64,000 bases of DNA from Malacoraja senta (lineage: Eukaryota). The stretch spans positions 3,102,001 to 3,166,000 of the forward strand of contig CM075994.1 of NCBI GenBank assembly GCA_038087875.1, read 5' to 3'. A program made the translations under genes and the position numbers. Below are positions 15,001 to 28,600 of this stretch, one piece after another. The notes beneath the pieces were generated by a model. It had not been told where the DNA came from. It saw only the letters and a list, made by a program, of their open reading frames with translations, and did no database searches. Position 1 is the first letter of the stretch. Each line of letters starts with the position of its first letter.

Positions 15001-18000
15001 TCCTCAGCCATGCATTTATCCTCCACCTCACTCCATTCCTACTCTCACCGTCGCGTGGCACAGGTCGTCATCCTGCGATTGTTACCTTTGTAGTCCTTCT
15101 CCTTAACTCTCCTCCCAACTCCCTAAATTCTCCTTTCAAGACCTCTTCTCTTTTTCTACCTATGTCATTGGTACCTATATGTACCACAACCCCAGGCTTC
15201 TCTCACTCCGATTTCAGGATATCCGACTACGTTTCAGTGTTATATTGTACTTGCTTATCGGATTCTCCATTTTGCATAAAATCCTATATCATGGCAAAAT
15301 ACCAATGGTTCTGACATATACCTGACAGCCTTCTTCTTCAATCCAGGCCCATCTAGATGATGAAATAGGCAGGGTTCTGCGTGCGCAACACTACTAACTC
15401 TGCAATGATCGGTTCGTTAGACTGAATGGGCAACTTTAATCCCGTACGTGCACTTTTGTAATTTTTTGGCAATTTTAGCGTTGATGGGAATATCTCGATA
15501 TTGTCGAGTAGTCGTTCGTCACAAGGCATAAAATTATCTGCTTTCATTTGTCACGGATGCGTGTTCTATTTCATCCCTGTATAAACTATTGTGCATGTCA
15601 ACACCACAGACCGCTTCGATTTCTCAAACAACGATCCTTGTCAATATTTTAATTTTTCTTTAGAAGTGGAAGCCGTTTTCGGGCAGCCTGGTAAGCAGTA
15701 TTCTCATTAAGCATTTACACTTATGACATATAAACCGTGCATTTGAAAGCAAGTTCAAGTAACTTTGCATAATGGTCATTGGGAATCTGGGAAATGTCAA
15801 AGGCAGCAATATTAAAATTGTTATAAATAAATAAAATAAAACTTTAAAAAGTCTCCAATGTAGATATTAGAAAATTTGCAATCGTTCTGTTTCTCAGCGC
15901 ATAGAATGATTCAATTGGACCCCACGAGTCTAAGCCGTTGTCTGGAAAAATATTAAAAATCAAATTTATCCACAACCTCTGCATATCAAGCATATCAAGT
16001 CTGACGTGTTTCTCCTGTCACCAACCTACACCAGGATCTAATTTACAACTCAAATATCTTATAAATCGCCCATCGTTCCTATGAGAGAGAAAATAGGAGC
16101 ACCCATAGATACAGATACTACAACCGCAGCACGTTGAAGCACAGAGCGGCGGAATTGACGAATAAACCGATGTTGCTCTGCGGCAGTAGCGCAAACTGCA
16201 AGGGTTCGATATGATCAACTTTGTATATTTAGTTTGACGGAATTGATGACTATCTTTCCATCTGTTCGTATCACAAATGAACACATACATCTCCATCGAT
16301 TGCTATGTATTCAGGCATACGTGAGAACAATTTCATCAACATTTCCACCGTAACGTAAATTGTTGATGCAAAAATACATTCGACAATATTTGAATGAATT
16401 GGACGAAGCTGAAAGTGGATTGACGTATTCTATTCAGATGCAGTTTCAAACTATGAACAATGTAGTTAAAACACTGGAACTAAATATAAAAATACATCGA
16501 ACAAAACATATCTTCCCTTGCAGACACGGTTTAATATAAACGCTCATACTTAGATAATATATATTGATAGATAGAAATTGTTCGTTTAAATTGGAATATT
16601 GAACTATTATAAATAATATGACTGCCAATAGTTTATGGAAGAAACCTCAACTCCATTGACCATTTCAACCATCTCTTAACATGGTGGAATCTATTTTTAT
16701 CATTCATTTTTCAACTTAATGTATTTACCGTGACACGAAATGTGGACCACATGCAAATGAGGTAACATTAATTTAGAACTGCATTTTTCAGAGAGCAAAT
16801 ATGAGGCTTAATGTGCATTTCGTAGAAAGTGCAGTAAATGATACCGTTCACACCTTGGCAAGTCATGTGTACAGGGGATGGGGATAATATAAACCAATGC
16901 ACATGCAAACCAATACAGGATCTGTATGACAGAAAAACATACGAAATACCAGAGAAATTGAAAACGCGCACACAATATCATTATATTGAGTCATTTGGGG
17001 TAGTTTTTACTGTTAGTCCATGTGTCTATTACATTACAGATATTAAACAATTGGAAAGTCTTCAAGAAGATGCAGGTCAGACTATGAATTTGTTAATTTG
17101 CAAAAATAAAAGTGTATATAATTGGGCAGAAAATGCGTGCCATTGATGGCTATTAAGAATCTGCTCCTGCGTTCATTTCTTGTGCACGATAATATCAATC
17201 TTAGATAAACTCGATTGTTGGTTGACTGTGCAAACAACGATGTGAAACATTGTTTGACATTGCTACTGTGTGGTCTCCGTTTTGTGACGGTTGAGGATTG
17301 TGAGATATCGCATTGGATGAAGCGCGGTGCTTCCTTGATACCAATGCTGGTATCGTTCACTTTTATTCACTGGAGATTAGAAGGATGAGGGGGTATCTTA
17401 TAGAAACATATGAAATTAAAAAAGGACTGAACTCGCTAGATGCAGGAAAAAATTTCCCAATGTTGTGCGAGTCCAGAACCAGGGGGGCCACAGTCTTAGA
17501 ATAAAGGGGACGCCATTTAACACTGAGGCGAGAAAAAACTTTTTCACCCAGAGAGTTGTGAATTTGTGGAATCTCGTGCCACAGACGGCAGTGGAGGCCA
17601 TGTCACTGGGAGGATTTAAGAGAGTTAGATAGAGCTCCAGGGGCTAGTGGAATCAATGGGTATGGGGAGAAGGCAGGCACGGGTTATTGATTGGGGACGA
17701 TCAGCCATGATCACAATGAATGGCGGTGCTGGCTCGAAGGGCCGAATGGCCTCCTCCTGCATCTATTTTCAATGCTTCTATGTTCGCCTTGTCGGGATTT
17801 ATGCTGTTTAGTCAAGCTTCGGCACATCACTTTGGCGATATCGTGATGCATCATAGCTTGGTAAAGTCAGTCCTCTGACCAAGTCAAGGCAAGAGTGTTT
17901 TATTTTTATATGTCCCTGATGGGACAATGGAATTCCTACTTGATTCCAGCACAACAGAATATGTGAATATGTAAACATAGTACATAACGGATGAAGAGAA

Positions 18001-19604
18001 AAATGCGAAGAATGTCAATAAATAACAAAAGTAGTGCAATAATAATAAGTATTTTGCAGTTCAGATCTCAGAGCTAATTCGTTGTTGTGCGTAATAGCCT
18101 GGTGGCTGTTGGGAAGAAGCTGTTCCTGAACTTGGACGTTACAGTTTTCAGGCTTCTCTACCTTCTTCCTGGTGGCAATGACGAAATGAGTGTGTGGCCA
18201 GGATGGTGTGGGTCTGATGATTTTGGCTGCCTTTTTGAGGCAGCGTCTACGATAAATCCCATCGACGGTGGGGAGCTCAAAGCCGGTGATGGACTGGACA
18301 GTGGTCACAACTTTTTGTAGTATTTTTCGCTCTATGACGTTCAAGTTGCCGAACCTGGCCACGATGCAACCTTTCAGAATGCTCTCTACCGTGCACCTGT
18401 AGAAGTTTAGGGGAATGCTCTTCGACATGCCGAATCTCCGTAATCTTCTCAGGAAGTAGAGTCGCTGATATGCCTTCATTATAACTGCATCGGTGTGGTG
18501 GGTCCAGGAAAGATCTTCGGAAATATGCACGCTCAGGAATTTGAAGTTATTGACCTTCTCCACCATCGTCCCATTGATGTGAACAGGATTTTCGGTCCTC
18601 TTCCTTCCCCTACCTAAGACCACAATCAGTTCCTCTGTCTTAATGATGTCGAGTTCCAGGTTTTTGTGCTGGCACCAGCCTCCCTGTTAATACTGTTGGC
18701 GCCTCTGGCCTTCGCCCTGCTGCCCTGGCACACGACAGCGAAGACGATGGCACTGACTACCACGGACTGCTGGAAAATCTGTAGCAACTTACTGCAGGCG
18801 TTTAAGGATCGGAGCCTTTTCAAAAGGTGCAGCCCGCTCGAACACTTCTTGTACACGGCCTCAGCTTTCCTGGCGCAGTCCAGTTTATTACACACACTTT
18901 CAACTGCATTTCTCTGTAGTATTAACGCAATCTTCAACTTTCGATTTCCGTTTACTGTTTGTACTACTTATTTTATAGCCATGACGTGTATGAGTACACA
19001 TGGGTGGTATCTTTTGTCTAGCAACGTTTTTCACTGCACATTGCTACACGTGAAAATAAGATGAGAGAACCAAAACCAATGTACATTAAGATAGAACGAC
19101 GACGTCTTCCATAAGTTGAAGCACACAGTAGGTGTAACAGTGCCGACCAATAAAAGGCAGACGAATACATAAACAAATAATCTACTGTGCGCGATAAATC
19201 TGTCGAAATGTATCAGTGTTATCATGGCATAATCTATGAATGATACCGTTTATATAATCACATGCAAATTGGACCTCTCTTCAGCAACATTTTGATTATG
19301 CGAAATGTATCAACGAAGCTTTCCCAAAAATGTAAAGTGCATATGGAAACTGTGTCTTATTTCTATATTTTCCCTTGCAGAAAAACAATTTAAACTCAAG
19401 AGCGAAGGTAACAATAAATAAAAAAACAGAGATAACATTAAAATTACCGATGCAGTTCGGAGTAAAGGAGGAAAGGGTTATTATGCACATTTGAAATAAT
19501 AATAATATTAATAATAATAATTATTATTATTATAATTATCATAATAACAATAATAAAGAAGCCTGTATTATGCATAATAATCAAGTTTCATAATAATAAT
19601 AATA

Positions 19605-19648
<44 letters not shown>

Positions 19649-22600
19649 GAAACTTGAATATTATGCATAATACAGGCTTTTTGCGTATTCAGTTATAACA
19701 CAAACCACAGAGAGATTGCATCTCGAAGGCAAGCTGCGAATGTTTTTCACGGAAAATAAAACGGTTAACTACGCACGCAAAACTTATGATTAAAGCACAA
19801 TTAACACGGTAGATCCAGTTTATAATAGAGCAACGGTAACATTGCTTGGTAGGGCTTTGTTCATAATCTTTACAATTAAGTAGAATGATTATTCACAGAA
19901 ATATGTTGCGCAAAATTATGTGCCGACATTTCGGTTAAACTATGAAATAGCTGTAAACCGTGGAACAAACACAAAACACGCATTTCAAAATCTAGCGTAA
20001 ATTATTTCTTCGCGAACAGTATGTGATGTTTCCACAGACTTTGGTAAATACACTGTAAACCAGAAATTTAACAATGAACTGCAAAGTTGCAAAGCTATTC
20101 CGAAGGAAAAGCGAATTATTTCTTCACTCGAATGAACAGTCACTTCTCCTTTTATGCTATTTGAATCAAGAGCGCGCGCCTCTCACTGAATCAAGAGCGG
20201 GCGCCTCTCACAGTTAACGGAGACTATAATTTCAGAGCTGGTTGGTTGCTATTTCCATCATTGGGCCGATCATCTGGTTTACAGGCCAAAAACAAAGGAT
20301 CACATGACAGTATCGCCTTCCAGATATTGCCGGTATGACTGTCAAAAATACATCACAGGAGGTTTACCAAGATGGAATTTTCTCCACCCTAATAGAAATT
20401 AAAAGACTTCGTGACCGATTTAGTAAGTTAAATCACTTTTGACATGTCTGATCGGTAGGCATGTTTGAATAATTTACATTTGTAGCTATGTACAAACAAA
20501 AACAGATTTTCAGAAAAATTTCATGCAAAAATAGGGACTGAATTGATCTATGAACACCATCAAATATGCAACGTGTCTGTATTTTCATATTCATTTAGAT
20601 ATGATGAAACCAAATCCGGCCTTAGCTCTATTCGCGTTACATTAGCTCTATTTAACTAAAAGTCTTCGTCTTGTTTGTGCCCACGACGTGTCTCTGTGTC
20701 AATCTGGTTAATTCCTATCATATTCTAACTGCTAGGCCTCGGTTTTTCCATTTACGCACATCATAGAAACATAGAAACATAGAAAATAGGAGCAGGAGGA
20801 GGCCATTCCGACATTCGAGCCAGCACCGCCATTCTTGTGATCATGGCTGATCGTCCCCAATCAATAACCCGTGCCCGCCTTCTCCCCATATCCCTTGATT
20901 CCGTTACCCCGAAGAGCTCTATCTTACTCTCTCTGCAATCCATCCAGTTATTTGGCCTCTACCGACCTCCATGGCATGGAATTCCACAAATTCACAACTC
21001 TCTGGGTGAAAAACGTTTTTCTCACCTCAGTCTTAAATGGCCTCCCTTTTATTCTAAAACTGTGGCCCGTGATTCTGGACTCGCCTAACATTGGGAACAT
21101 TTTTCCTGCATCTAGCTTGTCTAATCCTTTTATATATTTCTATAAAACTCCGCTCATCCTTCCAATCTCCAGTGAATACAAGCCTAGTCTTTTCAATCTT
21201 TCCTCATATTACAGTCCTGCCATCCCAGGCATCAATCTCGTGAACCTACGCTACATTGCCTCAATCACAAGGATGTCCTTCCTCAAATTAGGAGACCAAA
21301 ACTGTACACAATGCTCCAGATGTGGTCTTACCAGAGCCCTATACACTGCAGAAGAACCTATTTACTCCTATGCTGAAATACTCTTGTTATGAAGGCCAAT
21401 ATTCCATTCGCTTTTTTCACTGCCTGCTGTACCTGCACGCCAACTTTGATTGACTTTTGTACAAGGACATCCAGGTCTCGCTGCACGTCCCCATTAGCTA
21501 ACCTAAGCCCATTGAGATAATAATCTGCCCCCATTTATTGCCGGCAAAGTGGATAACCTCACATTTGTCTATATTATACTGCATCTTCCACGCATCAGCC
21601 CACACACTCAACCTGTCCAGGTCACCCTGCAACTTCCTAACGTCCTCTTCACAGTTCACTATGGTAAACATTTGCGGCCCCATCACCGAGCCTTGCGGCA
21701 CTCCAATCGCCACTGCCTGCCATTATGAAAATGACCCGTTCACTTCTAAAGTTTGTTTCCTGTCTGCCAACCAATTTTCTATCCATGTCAACACCCTACA
21801 CCCAATACCATGTGCGCTAATTTTACTCACCTGTCTACCGTGCAGGACCTCATCAAAGGCTTTAAGAATGTCTAGATACACTACATCTACTGGCCCCCCT
21901 TCATCCATTTTAATTATCACATCCTGAAAAGATACCAGAAGATTAGTCAAACATAATTTCCCTTTCAAAAATCAAAGTTGACTAGGACTAATCATTTTAC
22001 TGCTATCCAAATGCCCCATTATTACGTATTTAATAATTGACTCCAGCATCTTACCTACGACCGGTCAGGCTAACTGGTCTGTAATTCCCCGTTTCTCTCT
22101 TGCTCCTTTCTTGAACAGTGGGATAAAATTAACTATTCTCCAATCCACAGGAAATGATCCTGAATCTATTGAACATTGGAAAATAATCACCAATGCGTCT
22201 ACTATTTCTAGAGCCACCTACCTGAGGGCCCTGGGATGCAGACCATCCGGCCCAGGGGATTTATCATCCTTCAGTGCCATTAGCCCACCCAATACTATTT
22301 CTCGCCTAATGAAAAAATATTTCCGTTCCTCTACACCCTTAGATAATCTGTCCACCAGTACATCTGGGAGATTGTCTGTGTCTTCCTTAGTGAAGACAGA
22401 TCTGAAGTACCTGTTCAACTCTTCTGCCGTTTCCTTGTTACCCATAATAATTTCAACCGTATCTGCCCTCAAGGGACCCATATTTGATTTTGCGACTCTT
22501 TTTCCCTTAACATATCTAAAGAAGATTTTACTGTCCTTCTTTATATTCCTGGCCAGCTTCCCCTCGTACTTCTTCTTTTCAGCCCGTATTGCCCGTTTTG

Positions 22601-25600
22601 TTTCCTTCTGTTGTCCTATGAAGGTTTCCAAATCCTCTGGCTTCCGGCTACTCTTTGCTGTGTTATACATATTTTCTTTAAGTTTCATTCTATCCCTAAC
22701 TTCTCTTGTCAGCGACGGTTGGCCCCTACTCCCCTTAGAATATTTCTTATTTTTGGAATTAAATGATTCTGCGACTTCCGGATTATGCCCAGAAATTCCT
22801 GTCATTGCTGTTCCACCGTCCTTCGTGCCAGGATTCCTTCACAGTCTACCTTGGCCAGCTCCTCTCTCATGCTTCCATAGTCCCCTTTGTTCAACTGCAT
22901 CACTGACACTTCCGATGTAACCTTCTCCTTCTCAAATTTTAGATTAAAACTAATCATATTATGATCACTACCTCCAAGTGCTTCCTTTACCTCGAGTTCT
23001 CTTATCAAATCTGTTTCATTAGACAACACTAAGTCCAGAATTGTCTATCCAGCATTAACTATCCTACTCACATTTTTTCCGTGGTGGCGAAAGATATCTT
23101 CCCATCGCATTTCCACCTATATTTCCGAAGTTATGAATCGATGAAATGTAAAAAACAGCCAAACCGCCTTCTCACAGTGATGACGTCACAATGCCTCTCA
23201 CAGTGCACCAATGACAATGGGCTCCAAAGCTGGCTGCCATCTGCCACAATGACATCACAATGGGACGTTGCCAACGGTAACGAGGTTGCTGCCCCTCGAC
23301 CAATATCTGAAGGGGCTGCTCCTCGAGTTCTGGTTGCATTTTGGTCCCACACCGTACTCAGCTTCACTTAAGATTTCATGCAACATTTCAAAAGTTATTC
23401 ATGATTAAAGGGTTTTTTAAGCCAAATTTGAAAAAAAATGCTTTTCCGTGTCAGAATCTTGCCGCACCACCCAATGGTGATGTCACAAAGCCCTCACATA
23501 CGTCAAATCACAATTTACCCATTTACAAATGACATCACAATGGGACGTTGCTAATTGTAACGAGGTTGCTGCCACTGTAATAATATCTGAAGGGGCTTCT
23601 CCTCAAATTCTGATTCCCCTCCACGCCGCAATCGGGTTCACTTCAGAGTTCATGCTATATTTTAAAAGTTACTCATGAGTAAAGTTTCAAAAAAAGCCAC
23701 AAGCCGCCTTCTCACAGACAGCTCTTTTTTTCCAGGAATTTCCATTGACGATTTCACAATGCCACTCACATTGCACCAATCACAATGGGCTCTCAAGCTG
23801 CAAACTGCCACAATGACTTCACATTGGCACGTTGCTAACTGTAACGAGGTAGCTGCCACGATCCTGCTGATTGGCCACAAGGCAGGAAGTAAGGAGTGCT
23901 GGTCGGGGGGCGGACGAACATGGCCTACATGTTCAGTGCCATCACAGGGATGTAGGAAACATAGAAACATAGAAATATAGAACACGTGGAAAAATAAGTT
24001 AGGTATGTGATAATTAGCATATATAATTAGTATAGGTGAGGTCTTGTGATGTCTGGTGCAAGTACGCAGATGCACGGGGAGACTCAAGGTGGCGTTCTGG
24101 AATAAAGACGTGTAAGATTACTCCCGTGTCTGAGCCTTATTGACGTCTGTTCGAAGCATCCAAATACACAACAAAATAGGAGCTGGAGTAGGCCATTCAG
24201 CGCTTCGTGCCATCACCGCCATACAATACGATCATGGCTGATCATACAAAACAATTACACCGTCCCTGCTTTTTCCCAATATCCCGTGATTCAGTTAGCC
24301 CTGAGAGATATGTCTAACTCTCTCTTGAAAACATCAAATGAATTCGCCCCCACTGCCTTCTATGGCAGAAAATGCCACAGATTCACAACTCTGTGGATGA
24401 AGAAGATTTTACATATCTCTGTCCTAAATGACCTACCACTTATTTTTAACTGTGCCCCCTGCTTCTGGACTCCCGCAACATCGGGAGCCTATTTCCCGCA
24501 TCTAGCCTGTCCAAACTTTTAAGAATTATTATATGTTTCTATAAGTTCCCCTCTCATTCTTCCAATTTCCAGTGAATATGAGCACAGGCGACCCATTCTT
24601 TCATCATATGTCAGTCCACTCATCCCGAGTTTTAACCTGGTGAACCTACTCTGCGCTCCCTCAGTAGCAATAATGTCCTTCCTCAAATTAGAAGAACAAA
24701 ATTGCACACAATATTTCAGGTCTAGTCTCACCGGGGCTCTGTGCAACTGCAGTTGGAGCTCCTTGCTCCTAAACTCAAATCCTCTCGTAATGAAGGCCAA
24801 CATGGCATTTGCTTTCTTCACTGCCTGCTGTACCTGCATGCTTACAAACCCTAGAAAACGAGGCAGCAGTTTCCTACCACATCTCCTAAGCAATTATGCT
24901 GCATTATATATTTACAAATGAACCACTGAACCCGATATTTACAACGGCACCCTAACCAGTCCATTTTATTAAAGCCTTTTTTTTTTTGCAGAAGGAACGG
25001 ACAAGGTAGACGGTATGCGTGATACCCTAATTGTTCTTACTGTGCAAATTGCTACGTGTGATACTATGCATACTACCTCATTACTATGCATCTAGATTTA
25101 ATGGGTCGTCCTCTTCGTTTGTCAGACCTAAAATCCCGATTCGTTCGAAGTATATTACAACTGTCAATCTTAATATATTTAACATATTCAATAGCACATA
25201 CTCCATTCACTAGAAATGTTCGTTGCAACAACCAGGTGGAAATTTCTAGGTTTGCAAATTGCGTGTAAGCCACGCACATTTATCACATATATTCTTCACC
25301 AATCTTCCTTAATCGGAAGAGGTGCTCCCGTTTTGTTTACAAGTCAGTACTAAGGTGCAGGTCTTAGCACAATGCTCCTTCTCAATGATAATTTTGTTAT
25401 ATTTGTTATTATATGTTCCGAAACACCACGATTACCCTGTAAATATGTTTTATTTCGTTGCACATTTATGTTTGTAACGCAGGAAGACCAAATGACGCAT
25501 ATCTGTAAATGTTCACACACATCTGGATGAAGCTGAATTCGTTATGCAAGAGATATTGACTTGATTTGGGATCCCCCGCGTTGTTCATCTTCAATATCAA

Positions 25601-28600
25601 GACCGCTGCATACAGCAACAAACAGTGAACAAGTTTCTGGCATGGCCAAACGTAGAATGAGATCCCTGAAAATCAGACGCAAAAGGTTATATCCGTTGCT
25701 CGTTAACGGCCTAATAATATCATTTTCCAATGAATTTAAAAATAAACATTATTTTCCACTTTTGTTTTAAAATACTTAGTGCAATCGTACTGTCAGCAGG
25801 ACCTTCACCGGCACAGTTCTCTGCAGCTATGATTTGCTTCTTTTATTGTTCAGTCTTCAATATCCCTTCCGCTTTTTGCCCTTAATGCACCGCAATCAGT
25901 TTTCCAATAATTTGCCAACAGGTGTACTCAATAGTGCGTCAATGTTTGCGGAAATTCTCATTTACAATAATTTCCAACACTCCTGCTGTGTGAATATGCT
26001 AGCCGCTGGAGAAACGTAGTGCAGCCCAAATATTCTCAAAATACTGTAGCAAATCAGTGGTCCGGCAGCATCTCTGGAGAAATTGTATAGGTGACCTTTT
26101 GAGTCGAGCCCATTGTTCAGACTGAGAGTCAGGGGAGAGTGAAACTAGAGATTTGAAAAGATGCAAATAACAAATTAATTAAAAGTATGAAAAGAACAAA
26201 TCAACAAACAAAAAAGAAGAAAAAATACAGATCAAGTGCGGCACAAACTTAGCAAAAATGTTTACAGTCATCTGCAAATTTTTCAATTATTAGCTGTGAA
26301 GGCATATTCGTGCACAGTACACAGGAACGGGCCCTTCACCCACAATTTTGTGCCGGACATTTATTCAAATGGTAAACTAATTTTCAATTTATGCCTTGCA
26401 GACGAAGAGACACAAGAGAAAGAACCTGGTAAACAGATCACGTTCGACCAAAAAAGTAAAGTGCAGTTCACCTATGTGAATTAGTAAAGATACAGAAGAT
26501 TTTGAACAGCAAACATTATTACAAAACGAATAAACAGACATGCACTTTTTGACTCATCACAAGTAAATAGATTTATCCAGGTATTGCCAATATTATCAAG
26601 ACTCCAAGCCATCAGTAATATCAGTTTATTTACTATTAGCTAAAACACATTTTCCTTAACCTATTCCAAATTATAGACTGTGGTGTTCTTGGAACTAGTT
26701 TCCGAATCTAATCTTTCAACTCAACTGATGTTTTAGAAACATATATAGATTGAAAAATTATTGTACAAAAATATATAAAAAACAATGTGTACATTTGCCA
26801 ATAATGTCAGCAGAAAAACGATTTCAAATTTTGCGGTATGATAATTGGTTTCTATTCTTCTATTTTAGGAGACATTCTAGCGACGTTTGGTTAAGTATAA
26901 TTCTTGTTCAAAACTACTTGGAGCTGAATTTACGATATATATACCTGAGATAGCGGGATTGAGAATTCAAATTATATCTCCATATTTAGAGTAGTCATAC
27001 GTTTAACAATTTTTGAACGGTAATGGAACCATGATTGTGTAAATTGAACGGCGTTCCTGTGGGTCTCCGGCTGCTTCCCATGCCAGAAAATTGCATTTTA
27101 GGTAGACTGACTGCTATAATTGGTCCAAGTTTGAGGATAGAATTAAATTGCAATGCATGAGCGCTTAAGATACAATATATTACAAGGATACATGGGGAGA
27201 GGACAGTTTGCGTTGCTCTTTTCACTGCCGATGGAGATCCAATCAACCGACTCGTCCTTTTTTCCGAACATTTGGTGGAATTTCCCAGAGTCTACATTCA
27301 AATTGTATATTTCAACTCAATTCATGAAGACTGCGGAGTAATTGATATGTTAAGCACCGAAAGGAATTATAGTGACATTGAATCGAACGCTGCCGTACAG
27401 CGTGGGCTTGGGAAATATGTAAAATTTCAAATTTTAATTTAAAGTAGCATTCAGGTTACAATCTAGAAATGAAAGGCAATAATTTAATTCGTGTCCATCG
27501 TATTCCCATGTTCATATGTTTCCAGGAGTTAACTTATATGAATCGAAAATGTGTGGACTCTGTTTGGAGAAAGCACACGCAAATATTGAGAGGCTTCGTG
27601 TGACACATTCGTTTAGTTTATTTAATAATAATAATAATAATAATGGATTGGATTTATATAGCGCCTTTCTAATACTCAAGGCGCTTTACATTGCATTATT
27701 CATTCACTCCTCAGTCACACTCGGTGGTGGTGAGCTACTTCTGTAGCCACAGCTGCACTGGGGCAGACTGACGGACGCGTGGCTGCTAATCTGCGCCTAC
27801 GGCCCCTCCGACCACCACCAATCACTCGCACACATTCACACACATTCACACGCAGGCAAAGGTGGGTGAAGTGTCTTGCCCAAGGACACAACGACAGTAT
27901 GCACTCCAAGCGGGATTCGAACCGGTACCTTCCGGTTGCCAGCCGAACACTTAGCCGATTGCGCCATCTGTCGCCATCTTCAACCATATAACCATAACAG
28001 CACGGAAACAGGCCATCTCGGCCCTTCAAGTCCGTGCCGAGCATTTTTTTTTTTTTTTTTTTTTTTTTAATTAAAAATAAATACTTTCCCCTAGTCCCAT
28101 CTACCTGCACTCAGACCATAACCTCCATTCCTTTCCCGTACATATACCCATCCAATCTATTTTTAAAGGATAACATCGAACCTGCCTCCACCACTTCCAC
28201 TGGAAGCTCATTCCACGCAGCTACCACTCTCTGAGTAAAGAAGTTCCCCCTAATGTTCCCCCTAAACTTCTGTCCCTTAATTCTCAAGTCATGTCCCCTT
28301 GTTTGAATCTTCCCTACTCTCAATGGGAAAAGCTTATCCACGTCCACTCTGTCTAACCCGCTCATAATTTTAAAGACCTCTATCAAGTCCCATCTTAACC
28401 ATCTGCGCTCCAAAGAATAAAGACCTAACTTGTTCAACCTTTCTCTGTAACTTAGTTGCTGAAACACAGGCAACATTCTAGTAAATCTCCTCTGTACTCT
28501 CTCTATTTTGTTGACATCCTTCCTATAAGTAGGCGACCAAAATTGTACTCCATACTCCAGAATTGGCCTCACCAATGCCTTGTACAATTTTAACATTAAA

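Noticed and set aside
26869..26889. 21-nt AG...G|GT segment (GDILATF)
   Set aside because: Weak donor (gttaag) and no resemblance to either exon class.
27905..27970. tRNA gene
   Set aside because: The A/B boxes belong to a SINE head continuing into a CORE-like body and L2-type tail.
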